The notes under the pieces are model-generated. The model was not told the DNA's origin. It did no database searches and was given only the letters and a program-made list of their open reading frames with translations. Below, piece by piece: positions 1 to 9,017 of a stretch of 64,000 bases of DNA. The stretch spans positions 5,325,085 to 5,389,084 of the forward strand of contig OZ253536.1 of assembly GCA_965262425.1 (NCBI GenBank), in the 5' to 3' direction. Every line of letters starts with the position of its first letter. The first letter of the stretch is position 1. Both the position numbers and the translations under genes were made by a program. Source of the stretch: Terriglobia bacterium. GTDB lineage: Bacteria > Acidobacteriota > Terriglobia > 20CM-2-55-15.

Positions 1-1179
1 GAAGGCTTTCCGACGAGCATGGGCTCTTCGATCTACGCGGGCACCATGCCGGAAGAAGATAGTTTCATGATCGGCAGAATCCGAGCCGAGGGCGCGATTT
101 TTATAGGAAAGACCAATGTGCCCGAGTTTGGCATGGGCTCGCAATCCTACAATCCTGTATTCGGTGCCACAGGCAGTGCATACGATCCGGCATTGACGGC
201 AGGTGGCAGCAGTGGCGGCGCCGCATGTGGTCTGGCGACCCACATGCTTCCGGTGGCCGACGGGAGTGACTTGATGGGGTCGCTTCGCAATCCTGGTGCC
301 TTCAATAACGTGATCGGCTTCAGACCCAGCCAGGGGCGAGTGCCGGGGGGTGGCGAGGGCGACCTGTTTTACCAGCAGATGTCCACGGGTGGTCCGATGG
401 GGCGCAACAGTGAAGATACGATTCGCCTACTGCACAGTATCGCCGGCTACGATTCCGCCCAACCGCTGAGCCTCAGGGATGAAATACCTCCCTTTGAGGA
501 GTTCCGGGCGCGTGATCTGCCGGGTCTCAAGATCGGGTGGATGGGAGATTATGAAGGCTATCTCAACATCGAACCCGGCATTCTCGATCTATGTGAAACC
601 AGCCTCGGTATCCTTTCGTCAGAAGGCGCGATCGTCGAGCCGTCCAAGCCACAGTACGACATGGACCGGCTCTGGCAGACCTGGCTGACCTTGCGCCACT
701 GGACCCGTCACGGTACCAGGGAGCTCTACGACGACCCCGACACTCGAAAGCTGCTGAAGCCCGAAGCGATCTGGGAGATCGAAGGCTCGTTCGGCGCTTC
801 CGGCGGTGACATATACCAGGCGGGAATTGCCCGTGCCGACTGGTTCCGTGCCCTGGGTTCTCTGTTTGGCGAGTACGACTTCCTGGTCGTGCCCACGGCT
901 CAGGTATTTCCTTTCTCAAGAGAGATTCACTGGCCCGATTCCATCAACGGCGTAGAGATGGACACCTACCATCGCTGGATGGAGGTCGTCATCGGGGGGA
1001 CGTTGGCTGGCCTCCCGGTGGTTAACGTACCCGTGGGATTCGATCCGCGGGGCCGACCCATGGGGATGCAGGTCATGGGACCGTTCGGGGAAGACCAGAA
1101 GGTTCTGGAATTTGCCATGGCGTACGAACGAGTGACCGATCACCTGGACCAGCGGCCGGAACTCGCCGACGAGATCTAG
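1..1179 (+). CDS. Amidase signature family protein (5' part lies outside the window)
   Basis: GKTNVPEF, GGSSGG and GSDLMGSLRNPG amidase-signature motifs; the frame is open back to base 1. Confidence 0.9.
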   Translation, partial: EGFPTSMGSSIYAGTMPEEDSFMIGRIRAEGAIFIGKTNVPEFGMGSQSYNPVFGATGSAYDPALTAGGSSGGAACGLATHMLPVADGSDLMGSLRNPGAFNNVIGFRPSQGRVPGGGEGDLFYQQMSTGGPMGRNSEDTIRLLHSIAGYDSAQPLSLRDEIPPFEEFRARDLPGLKIGWMGDYEGYLNIEPGILDLCETSLGILSSEGAIVEPSKPQYDMDRLWQTWLTLRHWTRHGTRELYDDPDTRKLLKPEAIWEIEGSFGASGGDIYQAGIARADWFRALGSLFGEYDFLVVPTAQVFPFSREIHWPDSINGVEMDTYHRWMEVVIGGTLAGLPVVNVPVGFDPRGRPMGMQVMGPFGEDQKVLEFAMAYERVTDHLDQRPELADEI

Positions 1180-1463
1180 TCCGAAAAACGGCTGCGAGAT
1201 TTCGGTGCCGTTCCGCACGCGCCGACACAACCATCATCCATGCGATTAGCCTTGCCATTTGATGTTTGACAACACTGTAGACGAGATTTCCGGCACTGGC
1301 TCTGTCGCAGCGAGCCGCATGTTGCGCGGACGACGCTAAAAAACTGCCGGTACTATCGATGGATGACAAGGAGGGCTTATCATAGACGGCACTTCCGGGC
1401 ATCGGTCTTCCGTCCCGGATCACATATTTCTAATCGGACAATTAAGTATCTTGGAATAAGCAA

Positions 1464-2555
1464 ATGACTACCACCGACCGTGTCTTCAACTTCTCCGCCG
1501 GCCCTGCCGTCCTGCCCCTGCCCGTTCTTCGGGAGGCGCAGCGCGACCTGGTGGCCCTCCCCGGCGTCGGGATGTCGATTCTGGAGATCAGCCATCGATC
1601 CGCGACCTTCGAACGCATATTCACCGACGCAATCGGCGCCCTCCGAAAGCTTGCCGGAGTACCTGCAAACTACAAGATGCTGCTATTGCAGGGCGGCGCC
1701 AGTCTCCAGTTTTCGATGGTCCCGATGAACCTGCTGCTGCCCGGTAAGACGGCCGACTACATCGATACGGGATCCTGGTCGAAGAAGGCCATAAAGGAAG
1801 CACGACGAGTCGGGACCGTCAACGTCGCGGCCTCAGGCGCCAGCGATAACTACAACCGGATACCCGGTGACGACGAGATTCATCTGTCTTCGGGTGCGGG
1901 GTACGTCCACATCACCGGCAACAATACGATCGCCGGAACGGAGTGGCCTGCCCTTCCGGACGTCGGTGATCGGCCGATCGTCAATGACGCGTCTTCTCAC
2001 ATCCTGAGTGGCCCGGTTGACGTCCGGAAGTACGGCATGATCTACGCGGGAGCGCAGAAGAACCTCGGCCCTTCAGGTGTGACGTTGGTGATCATCCGGG
2101 AAGACCTCATCGAGCGATCCCCGGACGATCTGCCGGCGATGCTCAGCTACCGCACGCACGCGGACAACGACTCCCGCTTCAACACGCCGAACACTTTCGG
2201 TGTGTACATCCTGGGTCTCACTCTAAAGTGGCTGATTTCCCAGGGAGGCCTTTCCGGCATCGCCGAGGTCAACGAAAGGAAGGCGACCAAGCTCTACACC
2301 GAGATCGATCGAACCGGTTTCTACAGGGGCACGGCTGCGAAAGACAGCCGATCCCGGATGAACGTTACGTTCCGTCTGGGTGCTGAAGAGGCCGAGAAGA
2401 GCTTCATTGCGAAAGCCGCCGCCGCAGGATTCGATGGCCTCAAAGGACATCGCTCTGTTGGAGGGATGCGCGCGTCGATCTACAACGCGTTCCCGGAGGA
2501 AGGCGTGGATGCCCTGGTCGAGTTCATGCGGGAGTTCGAGCGGAAACAAGGCTAG
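1464..2555 (+). CDS. serC: Phosphoserine aminotransferase
   Basis: FNFSAGPAVLP N-terminus, YAGAQKNLGPSG PLP-lysine motif, GHRSVGGMRASIYNA C-terminus. Confidence 0.97.
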   Translation: MTTTDRVFNFSAGPAVLPLPVLREAQRDLVALPGVGMSILEISHRSATFERIFTDAIGALRKLAGVPANYKMLLLQGGASLQFSMVPMNLLLPGKTADYIDTGSWSKKAIKEARRVGTVNVAASGASDNYNRIPGDDEIHLSSGAGYVHITGNNTIAGTEWPALPDVGDRPIVNDASSHILSGPVDVRKYGMIYAGAQKNLGPSGVTLVIIREDLIERSPDDLPAMLSYRTHADNDSRFNTPNTFGVYILGLTLKWLISQGGLSGIAEVNERKATKLYTEIDRTGFYRGTAAKDSRSRMNVTFRLGAEEAEKSFIAKAAAAGFDGLKGHRSVGGMRASIYNAFPEEGVDALVEFMREFERKQG

Positions 2556-2728
2556 TCAACTTCGGCGAACATCCGGACGCGTTCGTCGCGAACGAGGATC
2601 TTGCCTATGGCCTGAAGGCGATCGGCGAGCACGCGCGCGCCATTGAACTGGCCGAGCGCTGGGTGGCTGAGCATCCGGACCAGGTGTCGGGCCAGCGGTT
2701 GCTGGCGGAAATCACGGGCGGTGGTTGA
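2552..2728 (+). pseudogene. Orphan C-terminal fragment of a TPR-like protein, fused to the serC stop at a CTAG
   Basis: Open frame without a start codon: LVNFGEHPDAFVANEDLAYGLKAIGEHARAIELAERWVAEHPDQVSGQRLLAEITGGG*, with a TPR-like helical pattern. Confidence 0.55.
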
Positions 2729-2763
2729 GCGCCGTTTTCTTACAATGTTGACGGGGCTTGAGG

Positions 2764-2820
2764 CTAAAAAGAAAGATATCTTTACTTTTAGACCACGTTA
2801 AGTAACAATTCTTTACTAAG
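2764..2820. promoter_or_regulatory. Two AT-rich palindromic operator-like sites upstream of the Fic gene
   Basis: CTAAAAAGAAAGATATCTTTACTTTTAG (2764-2791) is a near-perfect palindrome; related TTAAGTAACAATTCTTTACTAAG at 2798-2820. Confidence 0.5.
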
Positions 2821-2861
2821 TGGGCGCCCGGCCTTTTAAGGGTGCTCAACACGAAAGCCTC

Positions 2862-4034
2862 ATGACCAGAACCACTGGCACGTATCATCGCGTAACCACT
2901 GCCGGCGAGGAAGTTTCTGCGTTCGTCCCCGACTCCCTACCGCCGTCAGATCCCGCGTTGTGGTTGTCTCCCGCCATGGACGACCTTCTCGACCGCGCCC
3001 AGAACGCTCTTGCGCGTTTGGAGCTTGCAGGCGACATGGTGCCCTCCGCCGAATGGTTTGTTTATGCCTTCATGCGCAAGGAGGCCGTGATTTCATCTCA
3101 GCTTGAGGGGACCCAGGCGACGCTGGTCGACCTGTTCGCCATAGACGCCGATGCGGACGCACTGTCGGCTCGCGAAGCCGACGTTCACGAAGTTACAAAC
3201 TATCTGGCGGCCCTGGACTACGCCAGAACCGAGCTTCGTGCGCCGGACGGACTTCCTCTTTCGATGCGCCTGCTTAATGAATCCCATCGGCTGCTGATGA
3301 GAGGTGTGCGTGGCCAGGATAAGCAACCCGGCGAGGTCCGGCGCAGCCAGAACTGGATTGGAGGCACGCGACCTGGGAATGCCCATTTCGTTCCGCCCCC
3401 GCCGCAGTTGTTGGCGGACCTGCTTGGCCAACTCGAGCAGTACATTCATGCCATCGATGATCTGCCTCCACTGGTTCGAGCAGGTCTGCTTCACGCCCAG
3501 TTTGAAACGATCCACCCTTACCTGGACGGCAACGGACGAATCGGGAGGCTCCTGATTGCGCTGCTTCTCGAGCAGTACGGTTTGCTTTCCGAGCAGCTGC
3601 TTTACGTCAGCCTGTTTTTCAAACGACACCGTGACGAGTATTACCGGCGGCTGGGCGCGGTGAGAACGGAAGGGGATTGGGAAGGCTGGATCGATTTCTT
3701 TCTCGAGGGCGTACGGACGGTTGCAGACGAGGCCGTGAACACCGCCCGGGACCTGTTCGCGCTGGTCACCCGCGACCGGGCGATGGCGCTTGCCCATTCC
3801 TCCAGCACGGTTGCGGCTCTCCGCCTGTTCGAACTGCTGCCGACCCGTCCGATCGTGACCATCCGTCGTGTCACGCAATTGCTCGGTACGACGAAGCCGA
3901 CGGCAACAAAAGCCGTGTCAGCGCTGGTGTCCGCGGGTGTCCTGTCCGAAACGACGGGGCGGAAGAGGGACCGTGCGTTCACCTATGAGGCATACCTCGA
4001 TCGACTGAAAGAGGGAACGGAACTGGAAGGGTGA
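2862..4034 (+). CDS. Fic family protein (N-terminal inhibitory helix, C-terminal HTH-like region)
   Basis: Canonical HPYLDGNGRIGR Fic motif and SSQLEG inhibitory motif; ATG at 2862. Confidence 0.92.
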   Translation: MTRTTGTYHRVTTAGEEVSAFVPDSLPPSDPALWLSPAMDDLLDRAQNALARLELAGDMVPSAEWFVYAFMRKEAVISSQLEGTQATLVDLFAIDADADALSAREADVHEVTNYLAALDYARTELRAPDGLPLSMRLLNESHRLLMRGVRGQDKQPGEVRRSQNWIGGTRPGNAHFVPPPPQLLADLLGQLEQYIHAIDDLPPLVRAGLLHAQFETIHPYLDGNGRIGRLLIALLLEQYGLLSEQLLYVSLFFKRHRDEYYRRLGAVRTEGDWEGWIDFFLEGVRTVADEAVNTARDLFALVTRDRAMALAHSSSTVAALRLFELLPTRPIVTIRRVTQLLGTTKPTATKAVSALVSAGVLSETTGRKRDRAFTYEAYLDRLKEGTELEG

Positions 4035-4072
4035 GCGCACCCACGGTAGGTCGCCGGCTCTCCCCTCCCTCT

Positions 4073-4957
4073 TCAATTCCCTCCGCCGCCCGCAATCGGA
4101 TAACCGGACTGCCGGCTCCAGTCGTTCCAGGAACCCAGATAGACTCGGGATGGTACGCCGACATACCGAGCGGCAAAGTACATGAGGCTGGCTCGCATGC
4201 CGACGGCGCAGTAGGTCACCACTTCTTGTCCTGGCGCCAAGCCGGCTTCGACGAGAAGGGCCTGGATTTCATCCTTGGGCTTGAATCTCATTTCTTCGAC
4301 GTTGGCAAACAGGTCCTGCCACAGGACGAGTTCCGAACCGGGAAGGTAGCCGCCGTCACGTTCTCTTTGGGTTCGCACATCGAGAACTTGAATATCGGGG
4401 TTCTCCAGCCGGTCCTTCACCCATGCGGCATCGACCATTACGTCCGGCGCCGGTCGGGGTGTCAGTCGCCCGGTTTCGAGATCCGCAGCGTGCGTGGATA
4501 TTTCCCGGCCTTCACTCCTCCAGGCCGCGATGTTTCCGTTTAGCATCGACACATGGTCCCCGTGTCCGATTGAAGCGAAGGCCATGTAGAACCAGCCGAG
4601 TTCCATCGCGCTCTCACCATAGATGACGATACGGGCGTCATCCCGGGCACCGGCCTGGGTCAGCCTTTCCGCAAGAACTCCCGGTTCGGGTATCCCGTGG
4701 TTGCTGCCGATCGTTGCACCGTGCGAGACGAACCCGGCTCCCGGAATGTGTCCGCCGTCAAAATCCTGTTGCGAGCCCGTGGCCAGGACGACTACGTTGG
4801 CGTCATCCAGGTGCTCTGCCAGCCAGGCCGTAGTTACGATCAGTTCGGCGCTCGAGGCTTGCTGGGAAGCCTTGGTTGCCTCGCCGTTCGTGCCCGGGAA
4901 CAGGACTGCAACGACGGCGAGCCCCATAGAGAGAATTGCTCCGGTCCTCAAAGTCAT
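4073..4957 (-). CDS. Exported tandem-rhodanese sulfurtransferase
   Basis: GHIPGA motif, active-site loop TYCAVGMRAS, YLGSWNDW; hydrophobic signal peptide; GGAGG RBS before ATG 4957. Confidence 0.88.
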   Translation of the reverse strand: MTLRTGAILSMGLAVVAVLFPGTNGEATKASQQASSAELIVTTAWLAEHLDDANVVVLATGSQQDFDGGHIPGAGFVSHGATIGSNHGIPEPGVLAERLTQAGARDDARIVIYGESAMELGWFYMAFASIGHGDHVSMLNGNIAAWRSEGREISTHAADLETGRLTPRPAPDVMVDAAWVKDRLENPDIQVLDVRTQRERDGGYLPGSELVLWQDLFANVEEMRFKPKDEIQALLVEAGLAPGQEVVTYCAVGMRASLMYFAARYVGVPSRVYLGSWNDWSRQSGYPIAGGGGN

Positions 4958-5005
4958 GCTTGAAACCTCCGTGTACTCAGGCCTGCTATGACCTGCCATT
5001 TCTTA

Positions 5006-5051
5006 TGTAGACGTACGACAAGAGTAAAAGGTTTCATGTAGATTGTCTACA
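5006..5051. promoter_or_regulatory. TAGA-N3-TCTA palindromic boxes (putative PadR operators)
   Basis: TGTAGATTGTCTACA at 5037-5051 and degenerate TGTAGACGTACGACA at 5006-5020; the same core occurs at 10992-11033. Confidence 0.5.
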
Positions 5052-5084
5052 AGATTTCGAACCTGCATCCTCTTCCAAAAAATC

Positions 5085-5185
5085 TAATTCGGGGACGGAG
5101 GAGAAACTCAACACTAACCCCGTTAAGACGCATATATTCAGTAATTTGTATTTGAAGAGAGATTGATTCCTCCGTCCCCGAATTA
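5085..5185. repeat. Inverted-repeat unit (REPIN/MITE-like), arms TAATTCGGGGACGGAGG, AT-rich spacer
   Basis: Perfect 17-bp inverted arms at 5085-5101 and 5169-5185; the same arms occur at 14038, 58344 and 63552. Confidence 0.85.
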
Positions 5186-5196
5186 AATTTGATGGG

Positions 5197-5225
5197 TTGA
5201 CACTTTAATATCTATTTTGTATAAA
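5197..5225 (+). promoter_or_regulatory. Sigma70-type promoter of padR, probably giving a leaderless mRNA
   Basis: TTGACA-17 bp-TATAAA; the ATG lies only 8 nt after the -10 box and has no SD. Confidence 0.65.
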
Positions 5226-5233
5226 AAATAACA

Positions 5234-5569
5234 ATGGGAACTGGACAACGACTCGGGGAGTTCGAACAGGTCGTGCTGCTGGCGGCCGGGCGCCTTGGTG
5301 AAGACGCCTATGGCATGACGATTCGGAGGCTCCTGCTGGAGCGGATTGGACGGGAGGTCTCGATCGGGGCCATCTACGCCACGGTCGATCGACTTGTTCG
5401 GAAGGGCTACCTGAACGCTCGGCTCGGCGAGGCCACCGCCACTCGCGGAGGGAAGGCCAAACGGTTCGTGTCGCTGACACCTGCGGGTATCGGGGCCCTG
5501 GAGAGATCAAAAGAGGAACAGGCGTTGATGTGGACGGGTCTGGAATTTTCGAGCGGGACAAAACGATGA
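5234..5569 (+). CDS. PadR family transcriptional regulator
   Basis: LGEFEQVVLLA...AYGMTI...GAIYATVDRLVRKG winged HTH; its stop overlaps the permease start (ATGA). Confidence 0.9.
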   Translation: MGTGQRLGEFEQVVLLAAGRLGEDAYGMTIRRLLLERIGREVSIGAIYATVDRLVRKGYLNARLGEATATRGGKAKRFVSLTPAGIGALERSKEEQALMWTGLEFSSGTKR

Positions 5570-8202
5570 GGCCTTATCGCCCGTTGCTGGCTCGCTTCTT
5601 ATGGTTCCTGCTGCCCGCTCGCGTGAGAGATCCTCTGATCGGTGACCTCGACGAAGAGTACCGTCGTTACATCGTGCCCGGAACCCCTCGGGGCGAAGCG
5701 CGTCGCTGGTACAGGGGCCAGCTTTGGCGCACCATGGTTTTCGCGCCGCATCTGTGGCGGCCGCAGCATCCTGTGAACCGAAATGGAGGACGGAAGGTGA
5801 AAGCTGCGGATGGGATTGTCAACGACCTCCGTTACGCGCTTCGTCAACTGAGGCGGTCGCCCGGGTTCCTGGCAACGGCTGTGCTCACGCTGGCCATCGG
5901 AATCGGAGCGAATGTCGCGATCTTCAGTGTGGTCAATCATGTGCTGCTCCAACCCCTCGACTACGATCCCGAGGGGCGTCTGGTCACCATGCTGGAACGC
6001 CAGGGGGAGGATGGGCCGCCGAACATCTTTGTTTCCTTCCCAAACTTCGCGGATTGGGCCGAGCGCAACCGGGTTTTTGATTCCATGGCGGCTTACGACG
6101 ATGATGCCGTCACGCTGTCGGGTGCCGGCCAGGCAGAACGTATCGATCTGGCAAAGGTGACCCCGGATTTCTTCGAGGTCATGCGTACGGGTGCCGCGAC
6201 CGGGAGAACCTTCTCCGAGTCCGACCTGGGGGAGCCCTTCGCAGTGGTCGGCTACGGATTGTTTGAAAGGCTCTTCGGAGCCGATCCCGCTGCGATTGGC
6301 GAGACGCTGCTGCTGGACGGAGAGGTTTTTCAGATCGTTGGCGTGGCGCCGGCCGGTTTCTCTTTTCCGGGGGACACGGACGTGTGGGCACCGCTGACTG
6401 CGGTGACGTCCGAGGGGCGCCGGAACATGCAGTACCAAACCGTCGCCCGACTCCGTGACGGTGTTGGACTCGAGCAGGCGCGTGCGGACATGATCCGGCT
6501 CTCGGAGGAACTCGAACAGGAATACCCGCAGGCCAACGGCGATTGGCGGGTGCATGTGGAGTCTCTCCACTCCCTGTCGGTCGGAGACCTTCGGCCCGCG
6601 TTGCTGGTGCTGTTCGGAGCCGTGGGCCTGGTGCTGCTGATCGCTTGCGCCAACGTGGCCAACATGATGCTCGCACGCGCGACTTCACGTCAGCCGGAGT
6701 TCGCGCTTCGCGTGGCCCTCGGTGCTCGACGGGGGACTCTGCTCCGGGGGTTCTTCGTAGAGAGCGTCCTGCTGGCGGGACTTAGAGCCCTTTCGGCCCT
6801 TCCCCTTGCCTATATCGGCGTGCGGATGCTGGTCAGCCTGGCGCCGTCCGGACTTGGAACCCTGGAGGGACTGACGCTCGACACCGGCCTGTTAATCTTC
6901 ACTCTGTCGGTCACCACCCTGACGACTTTGTTGTTTGGCCTGATGCCGGCATTACAGGCTTCCAGGCAGAACCTGGCGGACTCGCTCAAGACGGAGGGGC
7001 GGGTCTATTTCAACCGGCAACGCCGGCGTCTGTTCGGGGGCGTGGTCGTATCGGAGGTGGCGCTGTGTTTTACGCTGCTCGTGGCTTCAGGGCTCTTCCT
7101 CGGAAGCCTACGGAATCTTCAGGCCGTTGACACCGGCTTCGGGATCGAGGACCGGCTGACTTTTCGCGTGTCTCTTCCAATGATGCTGTATGACCGTGCG
7201 GGATCCCGGGACTTCCACGACCGTCTTCTGGACCAGATTCGTGCCATCGCCTCAGTGGAATCCGCTGCCGCGACCCATGTCGTTCCGCTGTCTGGCGACA
7301 ATCAGTACGTCGCGATAGCCGGGGAAGGTGAGCCGTTCGCGACACCGGACGGACGTTTCGAGGGCGCCAACTTCAGGCGGGTGAGCCCGGACATCCACCG
7401 AGTGCTTGGGATTCCGCTCCGAAACGGCCGTCTGTTCTCCGACCGGGATCAGGGAGCGGATGTCGTTATCGTCAACGAGACCATGGCGGAGAAAATCTGG
7501 CCGGGGCAGGACCCTGTCGGTCGACGCATTCTCGTTCCGATGGATCCGGAATCGCCGCTCCGGGTGGTGGGTGTGGTCCGAGACACGCGAGACGCGTCGC
7601 CGAGCGCCGTGCCGCGGTCGACGATCTACGTCCCCTACGGGTGGGGGGCCTTCCCGGCCCACTCGATGGCCTATGTCCTGAACACCCGCGTTCCGCCGGA
7701 AACAGTGGCGCCTCAGGTGATCGCCGCCGTCCACCAGATCGACCCCGGCATCGTCCCCTATCGGATCGAGACGATGGACCAGATGTATCAGCGATCGACC
7801 GGCCAGCCCCGATTCATGGCGACGCTGCTCGGCGTGTTCGCCGCCGTCGCGCTTGTTCTGGCCGTCGTGGGCCTCTATGGCGTGGCCTCCTACGCCGTGG
7901 GCCAGCGGACTCCTGAGATCGGAACGCGGATGGCGCTCGGAGCCGTTCCGTCCGACATCGTGGTCCTGGTGCTCCGATACGGAATCGGTTTCGCCCTCGC
8001 CGGAATCTTTCTGGGCTTCGCCGGATCCGTGACCCTCACGAGTGTTCTTGCCGATCAACTCTTCGGAATGGAATCCGCGGCGGACCCCGCGACCCTTTCG
8101 ATAACCGCGCTCATCATTCTCACCGTGTCAACCCTGGCGGCAGTCCCCCCCGCCCTGCGCGCCGCCAGAATCGACCCCGTCAGGGCCCTCCACCACAACT
8201 GA
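5566..8202 (+). CDS. ADOP-type duplicated MacB/FtsX ABC permease
   Basis: DLRYALRQLRRSPGF...LAIGIGAN, LLIACANVAN, EIGTRMALGA, IDPVRAL motifs. Confidence 0.93.
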   Translation: MRPYRPLLARFLWFLLPARVRDPLIGDLDEEYRRYIVPGTPRGEARRWYRGQLWRTMVFAPHLWRPQHPVNRNGGRKVKAADGIVNDLRYALRQLRRSPGFLATAVLTLAIGIGANVAIFSVVNHVLLQPLDYDPEGRLVTMLERQGEDGPPNIFVSFPNFADWAERNRVFDSMAAYDDDAVTLSGAGQAERIDLAKVTPDFFEVMRTGAATGRTFSESDLGEPFAVVGYGLFERLFGADPAAIGETLLLDGEVFQIVGVAPAGFSFPGDTDVWAPLTAVTSEGRRNMQYQTVARLRDGVGLEQARADMIRLSEELEQEYPQANGDWRVHVESLHSLSVGDLRPALLVLFGAVGLVLLIACANVANMMLARATSRQPEFALRVALGARRGTLLRGFFVESVLLAGLRALSALPLAYIGVRMLVSLAPSGLGTLEGLTLDTGLLIFTLSVTTLTTLLFGLMPALQASRQNLADSLKTEGRVYFNRQRRRLFGGVVVSEVALCFTLLVASGLFLGSLRNLQAVDTGFGIEDRLTFRVSLPMMLYDRAGSRDFHDRLLDQIRAIASVESAAATHVVPLSGDNQYVAIAGEGEPFATPDGRFEGANFRRVSPDIHRVLGIPLRNGRLFSDRDQGADVVIVNETMAEKIWPGQDPVGRRILVPMDPESPLRVVGVVRDTRDASPSAVPRSTIYVPYGWGAFPAHSMAYVLNTRVPPETVAPQVIAAVHQIDPGIVPYRIETMDQMYQRSTGQPRFMATLLGVFAAVALVLAVVGLYGVASYAVGQRTPEIGTRMALGAVPSDIVVLVLRYGIGFALAGIFLGFAGSVTLTSVLADQLFGMESAADPATLSITALIILTVSTLAAVPPALRAARIDPVRALHHN

Positions 8203-8311
8203 CCCCCTCTAATTCGCGAACGGAGGCGTACCCTCCCGGGTCGCCCGCGGGTTTTTCAGGAGGCTTCCCGCGGAGTTCGAGCCCGGAGTTCACTGCTGGT
8301 TTGACGTTGGT

Positions 8312-8340
8312 TGGCCAGGGACGGCCACCCGACACGCTGT
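8312..8340 (-). repeat. REP-like palindrome, type A (truncated)
   Basis: Reverse complement ACAGCGTGTCGGGTGGCCGTCCCTGGCCA matches the family consensus. Confidence 0.75.
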
Positions 8341-8360
8341 TCCGTTGATCTCTCAGGAGC

Positions 8361-8981
8361 CTAACCAGGGAGCAGGTTGAGCAGTTGGTTTTCGGCGGTT
8401 TCTCGCCATTCGGGACTGTCCTGGGCGAGGACGGCGTCCTTAAGGAGGGGATGAGCGCGTTCCCGTTCCCACTGTTCAAAGTCGGTCGGTCGGGCCAGCA
8501 TCATCCGGACTACGAAGGACACCGCCTGCAGCTTTCCACCTTTCTTCAACTTGGCGTGGATCAATGACGGGGTCGCGATGTAGCGGCGAGCAATGCTTTC
8601 GAACGATTCCGGCTTCTGGCCGGTGATGGCTTCGACGTGATCGGTCGGTGCGCCAATCTCGAAAGCCCCGTTGCGAATTTCCTCGGAGTAGTAACGTAAC
8701 TGCGAGATGTCGAAGGGAGGGAAATCCAGGGCCTTTGCGGCTTTTGTGAATGCCTTGAAAGGTGTGTCCTGGTATTTCACCACCATCGCCTTCCGCAAGT
8801 CGCGAAAGTCGAACACGTCACCCACAGCTATTTCGGCCCCGGCTTTTTCCAGAGCTTCGCTCCGGGCATCCACCCGACGAACAAAAGCGCGTACGGGGAA
8901 TCCCTTCTGAAGCAATTCGAATACGGCGGAAGAGCCAGTATGTCCGGCCGCTGACGTCACAAGAATCTTGGGTTTAGTCAA
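8361..8981 (-). pseudogene. NmrA-like NAD(P)-binding protein with an apparent large in-frame internal deletion
   Basis: Rossmann N-terminus ILVTSAAGHTG...GDVFD runs directly into the C-terminal VKYQD...TDHVEAITGQKPESF segment; only 206 aa. Confidence 0.6.
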
Positions 8982-9017
8982 GACTTTCTCCTTATTTGAT
9001 GTCTCTTGGTTCGACCG

